Shown: piece after piece, positions 59,819 to 64,000 of the stretch
How positions within the stretch are numbered: the stretch's first letter is position 1
How the letters are laid out: each line of letters begins with the position of its first letter
The notes under the pieces: model-generated
Seen by the model: only the letters and a program-made list of their open reading frames with translations
What the model was told of the DNA's origin: nothing
Database searches by the model: none
DNA from: Candidatus Omnitrophota bacterium
GTDB lineage: Bacteria; Ratteibacteria; UBA8468; MWAK01
NCBI GenBank assembly: GCA_043826355.1
Contig: JBDRQI010000005.1
Span: forward strand, 48,678-112,677
Direction of reading: 5' to 3'
Length of the DNA: 64,000 nt
Translations under genes and position numbers: made by a program

Positions 59819-60337
59819 CTATTTTATCATTAAATACCTTTTCATCCCTTCCAGTTTCTTCGAACCGACCCCCTTAACTTTCAACAGGTCTTCCACCTGC
59901 AAAAATTGCTCGCCGGCCCTGTATTCTATTATTCTCCCGGCCAGTTCCGGACCGATGCCCGGTAAAACATCCAGCTCTTCCGGGGAGGCGGTGTTCGGGT
60001 CAATCCGGGCCCGAACTAAACGTGTTTTTAAATCATTTCTTTCTGCCGCTGCTGCTACCCGATGAGCCTGCTCCAGGGTCTGGCTATCTGAAGCGCGATA
60101 ATGATAACTCACCTCCGCGGTTTTTTTGTATAGAGCCACCGCCTGACTGAGCAAAACACTTCCCACTACAAAAAGAATACCGAACCGTTCCGTCTTTGTC
60201 AGCGATATCACGTTTTTTTGTTTTTGACTAAAGCGAAGGTGTTTGGTTAAGCAAAACTTCACGGAGTGACAAAAATAAAACAAGCAAAACGAGGGAATGA
60301 GTATCCGGGGCGCGCCTTGTTTTACAGGCAAGGACAC
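59819..60337 (-). CDS. comEA: ComEA family helix-hairpin-helix DNA-binding protein
   Basis: C-terminal HhH pair (NTASPEELDVLPGIGPELAGRII...VKGVGSKK) after an N-terminal TM. Start uncertain; the annotated N-terminus approaches the tRNA-Arg. Confidence 0.7.
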   Translation of the reverse strand: MSLPVKQGAPRILIPSFCLFYFCHSVKFCLTKHLRFSQKQKNVISLTKTERFGILFVVGSVLLSQAVALYKKTAEVSYHYRASDSQTLEQAHRVAAAAERNDLKTRLVRARIDPNTASPEELDVLPGIGPELAGRIIEYRAGEQFLQVEDLLKVKGVGSKKLEGMKRYLMIK

Positions 60338-60406
60338 GGAGAACCTCGTTCCCGAGTTGCGTAGTTTTATCTGTCACGTAGGGCGTTTTGCGAACCAAAC
60401 ACCCGA

Positions 60407-60480
<74 letters not shown>

Positions 60481-60494
60481 CAACCTCCTGCTTT

Positions 60495-60989
60495 CTAAAA
60501 TCTTTCCCAGTGCAAAACTTCGGAAAGCGGCCTCTTGGCCGGGTTGGGTAAATCCCCTTTCGGATAACCAATGGCAATCAGGCTGATTAATTTATAACCG
60601 CTGGGCACGCTCAGGAAACTTAAAACCTTATCCGCGTATGGTTTTTTATCCCCGGCAACCCAACAGGAGCCCAGACCCAGTTCCGTGGCGGCCAGCAGGA
60701 TATTTTCGGTTGCAGCCGAACCATCCTCCAAGTAATATTTGGTCTCTTTGGCGACCACCGCAATACAGGCGCCGGCATCCTTGATAAACTTTCCGTGGTC
60801 GGTAATATCAGCCAGTTCTTTCCTTCTTGCCGGGTCAACAATGACGATAAATTCCCAGGGTTGGATATTGATGGCCGTTGCCGCCAGCCTCCCGGCATCA
60901 ACAATCTTTTCCAGCAGATTCCTGGCTACCGGGTCCGGACGATAGTTCCGTACGCTTCTCCGTTTTTCGATTAACTCCAACCCGTTCAT
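60495..60989 (-). CDS. nitroreductase family protein
   Basis: RRSVRNY...; about 165 aa. Confidence 0.8.
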   Translation of the reverse strand: MNGLELIEKRRSVRNYRPDPVARNLLEKIVDAGRLAATAINIQPWEFIVIVDPARRKELADITDHGKFIKDAGACIAVVAKETKYYLEDGSAATENILLAATELGLGSCWVAGDKKPYADKVLSFLSVPSGYKLISLIAIGYPKGDLPNPAKRPLSEVLHWERF

Positions 60990-61095
60990 TTTTTGCCTTT
61001 AAGAGTTTAAAATAATAATTTTATCCTTTTTCGGGTGATTTGGCAAGAAACAACACCGTGTTGTATAATTTAAAGTTAAAGATACGGAGGAACTT

Positions 61096-61593
61096 ATGGT
61101 TTTAAAAGGAAGGGCGCATATTCTTGGCGATGACATCAACACCGATTATATCATATCCGGAAGATACAAGTTTAAGACACTGGATAAGAAAGAACTGGCC
61201 AGCCATCTTCTTGAAGATTTAGACCCGGAATTCGTAAAAAAAATTGCCCCGGGAGATATCATTATAGCCGGTAAAAATTTTGGGTGCGGAAGCAGCCGAG
61301 AACAGGCACCGCTAGCAATCCAATATGCCGGTGTCGCCGCCGTCTGCGCGCAAACTTTTGCCCGGATCTTTTTCCGGAACAGCATTAACGTTGGCCTACC
61401 ACTAATTGAATGCGATACTTCCGGAATCGAGGAAGGCGACAAAATCGAACTCAATTTCGGCGGAGGTAAACTGGTCAACATCACCCAAAAAACAACCATT
61501 TGCTTTAAACCTCTCCCGAAAATAATGCTTTCCATACTTTCCGAGGGAGGCCTGGTTCCCTATTTCCAGAAAAACCGTCAATTTCAACTCTAG
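61096..61593 (+). CDS. leuD: 3-isopropylmalate dehydratase small subunit-like (LeuD/aconitase swivel domain) protein
   Basis: GDDINTDYIISGRY, GKNFGCGSSREQAP. Confidence 0.75.
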   Translation: MVLKGRAHILGDDINTDYIISGRYKFKTLDKKELASHLLEDLDPEFVKKIAPGDIIIAGKNFGCGSSREQAPLAIQYAGVAAVCAQTFARIFFRNSINVGLPLIECDTSGIEEGDKIELNFGGGKLVNITQKTTICFKPLPKIMLSILSEGGLVPYFQKNRQFQL

Positions 61594-61599
61594 AATATT

Positions 61600-61674
61600 T
61601 CCGGCGTAGCGCAACGGTAGCGCGGCTGGCTGTTAACCAGTAGGTTGTAGGTTCGAATCCTACCGCCGGAGCCA
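61600..61674 (+). tRNA. tRNA-Asn (anticodon GTT), CCA encoded
   Basis: Acceptor TCCGGCG/CGCCGGA, anticodon loop CTGTTAA, T-loop TTCGAAT, 3' GCCA. Confidence 0.8.
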
Positions 61675-61756
61675 CGTAAAATCCGCCTTCGGCGGATCAC
61701 GTGGTCCCGTGATGATTCGCAGAATCATTTTACGGGACAATATATCAATTACAAGT

Positions 61757-62032
61757 ATGTATTATGTTTATATTCTGCGTAGCCTGAAAGATAACCGGTT
61801 TTACACCGGTTACACGGAAAACATCCAAAGAAGATTCAAGGAACACAATGCAGGTCAAGAAAAATCCACCAAATATCGCCTGCCTTTTGTCTTGGTCTAT
61901 TTTGAAGCCTACACAGATAAACGGGATGCTCTCGGTAGAGAGGAATTCCTGAAAAGCGGTTCAGGTAAGAGATATTTGAAAAAACAACTCAAGAATTATC
62001 TGACTGAAAACGATGGGCTGAATTTAATATAG
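61757..62032 (+). CDS. GIY-YIG nuclease family protein
   Basis: YVYILRS..RFYTGYTENIQRRFKEHN. Lies between tRNA-Asn and a partial tRNA-Asn 3' repeat. Confidence 0.75.
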   Translation: MYYVYILRSLKDNRFYTGYTENIQRRFKEHNAGQEKSTKYRLPFVLVYFEAYTDKRDALGREEFLKSGSGKRYLKKQLKNYLTENDGLNLI

Positions 62033-62045
62033 TGAAAACCGAGCG

Positions 62046-62134
62046 GTACCGAATCCTACCTCCGGAGCAAGCCCAATAACCGCACTATTCCTACGTTTAT
62101 GATTGTACCCTGGTAGGACGTTCGAACCTTTTTC
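62046..62134 (+). repeat. tRNA-Asn 3'-end-like fragment plus ~75-nt repeat unit R1
   Basis: cgaatcctacc[t]ccggagc matches the tRNA-Asn 3' end. R1 is about 85% identical to R2 at 63010-63099. Confidence 0.6.
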
Positions 62135-62227
62135 TAAAAACCCAAACTAAAATAGACCTATCCCAATTTTAAAATTGACTTTTCTTTGCGTAAGTAATAG
62201 AGTATCTATTATAAATAGAGGTGTAAA

Positions 62228-62835
62228 ATGTTTAAAAAAACAGGATTCACCCTTATCGAACTCCTCGTCGTAATGGCAATTATATCAATTCTTGCCGCAA
62301 TGCTACTGCCGGCTTTAAGTAGCGCCAGGGAAAGTGCAAGACGAGTAAATTGTATTTTGGTAATTTGAAACAAATCGGCTTGGCGGTAGCGATGCGCGGA
62401 CAAGATGGCGTGGACTCACCTTCAAACCCTTTTGATTTTGCGACACCGTTTATAAGAATCGGCGCAGACCAATATACAGGACTTGGCCGTTTATATCCAA
62501 ACCGTACCAGCAATATAAGAATATTCAGCTGTCCTGGAAGTACCAAAGCAAAACCCGATGATGTTCAAAAAGCGCTTGATGGAACCGGAGATGTGGTTGG
62601 AAACTATAATTATCGAATAAAAACCGGTGGAACTACGCCACTTCCTACATTAGTTATTGCGATGAGTTATAATTGTAAAAGCCAAAACAGATATGACCAT
62701 ACGGGAAAATGGGTATCCCTGTTATATTATGACGGAAGCGCGAGAGGCGTAAATAATTCTGACGGAAAATTGACAAACTTATCCGATACAGATGAGGAGT
62801 TTGAAAGAACTTTTTTAGAGGCGGGTACAAAGTAA
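62228..62835 (+). pseudogene. prepilin-type DUF1559 protein, frameshifted
   Basis: [29 protein letters not shown]...RVNCIL then stop. [12 protein letters not shown]... continues in another frame (62350-62835). Confidence 0.65.
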
Positions 62836-63009
62836 AATGTCAATATTATGCGTTCAATCTATATTCCCTGTGTCGCCGAAACTATCAAAAACAGAGATAC
62901 AGTGAGTGGCACGGTAGGATAAACTTTTACAATTAAGCCAAGCTGGCTTGCAGCGCCAAATCTGGTATGTAAATCGCCTCGTTTGACCGTTGAAGTATGG
63001 TTCTAACGT

Positions 63010-63099
63010 TGTCCACGATGCGGAGCTTTTAAGCCCAAGAACCGCACTATTACTACGTTTCTTATTGTACCCCAGGTAAGATGTTCGAACCTTTCTGCC
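63010..63099 (+). repeat. repeat unit R2 (partner of R1)
   Basis: ...cggagcttttaagcccaagaaccgcactattactacgtttcttattgtaccccaggtaagatgttcgaacc. Confidence 0.6.
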
Positions 63100-63256
63100 T
63101 TTCTGTTAAAAATTACCTTATGGCGGTTAAACCGGGTCAAGTTCTACCCTCAAACAGTACGGTTTTCGGAGAGAAGATCAAAAATACTCCCATAAATTAC
63201 TTTGGCGAGACTTTTAAAAAAAATAAAAATAATTTATAATTAACATACACAACTAT

Positions 63257-63420
63257 ATGGAAAAAACATGTAAAAATTGTCAGAGTTGCGGAATACCGAC
63301 AAAAAAGACCCGGAAGGCGGCGGAACAAATACCGAAGGAACAAAATCGGAAATGTATTGCAGTTATTGTTATCAAAAAAGAGCTTTTACAAGGAATTGCA
63401 CGGTAGAACAAATGCAGTAA
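63257..63420 (+). pseudogene. Zn_ribbon_2-type small zinc-ribbon protein interrupted by a frameshift at an A6 tract
   Basis: MEKTCKNCQSCGIPTKK then, after a +1 shift at 63301-63306, DPEGGGTNTEGTKSEMYCSYCYQKRAFTRNCTVEQMQ*. Confidence 0.55.
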
Positions 63421-63481
63421 CCCGGTGGGTAATTAGAATTGTCGCCGTTGGGTAAATAATTGACGTTAATCATAAATCACT

Positions 63482-63877
63482 ATGAACACATACAACTGGT
63501 ACTCACAAATTATCAGACCTTCATGGTCGCCACCGTCTTGGCTCTTTGGGCCAGTTTGGACGCTCCTATATATATTGATTGCTGTTTCGTTTGGCAAGGT
63601 TTTTTTGATGGTGTGGAAAAAAGAGATTGCGTTTCTGGTTGCTTTGCCATTTATTCTTAATCTCGTTTTCAACCTTTCTTTTACGCCTTTGCAATTCGGG
63701 CTGAGAAACAATCTCCTTGCGGCGATTGATATTTTATTGGTGCTGGGCACGCTCATCTGGGCAATGGTAGCTATTTATCCTCACGCGCGCTGGATTGCAT
63801 ACATCCAAATTCCGTATTTGCTTTGGGTATCGTTTGCGACAGTTTTACAATTAACCATTACATATCTTAATCGTTAG
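63482..63877 (+). CDS. tspO: TspO/MBR family tryptophan-rich sensory protein
   Basis: Five-TM, about 130 aa, with W-rich motifs (PSWSPPSWLFGPVWTLLY). Confidence 0.75.
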   Translation: MNTYNWYSQIIRPSWSPPSWLFGPVWTLLYILIAVSFGKVFLMVWKKEIAFLVALPFILNLVFNLSFTPLQFGLRNNLLAAIDILLVLGTLIWAMVAIYPHARWIAYIQIPYLLWVSFATVLQLTITYLNR

Positions 63878-63887
63878 CTTTATGCGC

Positions 63888-64000
63888 ATATGGGATATTC
63901 ATCCAAAACATTTGTGCCGAAAGCATTTGCTGGCAGAACATAGAGAGCTCCACGGTCTTTGGAACATCTTAACCAAACACAAAAGTAAAGGTGGATATTC
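63888..64000 (+). CDS. pyrimidine dimer DNA glycosylase / endonuclease V family protein, N-terminal part (runs off window)
   Basis: MRIWDIHPKHLCRKHLLAEHRELHGLWNIL matches the Pyr_excise N-terminus. Confidence 0.6.
   Translation, partial: MWDIHPKHLCRKHLLAEHRELHGLWNILTKHKSKGGY

Overview
This 64-kb window looks like it comes from an anaerobic bacterium, possibly of the PVC superphylum. The evidence is FeoAB, 2-oxoacid:ferredoxin oxidoreductase, superoxide reductase with desulforedoxin and rubredoxin, a GH57 enzyme with glycogen synthase, and DUF1559 prepilin-like genes of the kind expanded in Planctomycetes. The window is gene-dense and mostly housekeeping. It contains: (1) a long minus-strand array (about 4.6-23.2 kb) rich in poorly characterised iron-sulfur and metallocofactor-handling genes; (2) a superoxide reductase / desulforedoxin / rubredoxin / KorAB / ferritin redox cluster; (3) two Fur-family regulators (Fur and a Zur-like one with znuABC) with palindromic candidate operators; (4) three tRNAs (Pro-TGG, Arg-TCT, Asn-GTT), two of which anchor small decayed islands (IS3 remnant with HicAB, and GIY-YIG with a prepilin pseudogene) bounded by tRNA 3'-end direct repeats; (5) two families of short palindromic MITE-like repeats, one copy of which sits in-frame inside a MiaB-like gene; (6) a 3.8-kb module (divergent pyruvate-kinase-like gene plus a Ca-type P-type ATPase) flanked by 27-bp direct repeats that duplicate the miaB 3' end. 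The iron-sulfur array in (1) contains: a CDF transporter fused to a NifX-like domain; two stand-alone NifX-like proteins; a tandem-duplicated MinD-ferredoxin ATPase; three paralogous Gly/Arg-rich DUF5320-like small proteins; ApbC/Mrp; DUF89; a RACo-like 2Fe-2S/ASKHA protein; an FmdB zinc ribbon; three class I methyltransferases; a radical SAM protein; and Fur and FeoAB. There is no CRISPR array and no rRNA. All functional calls are from motif recognition in the translated ORFs and nucleotide patterns read by eye; no database search was run.
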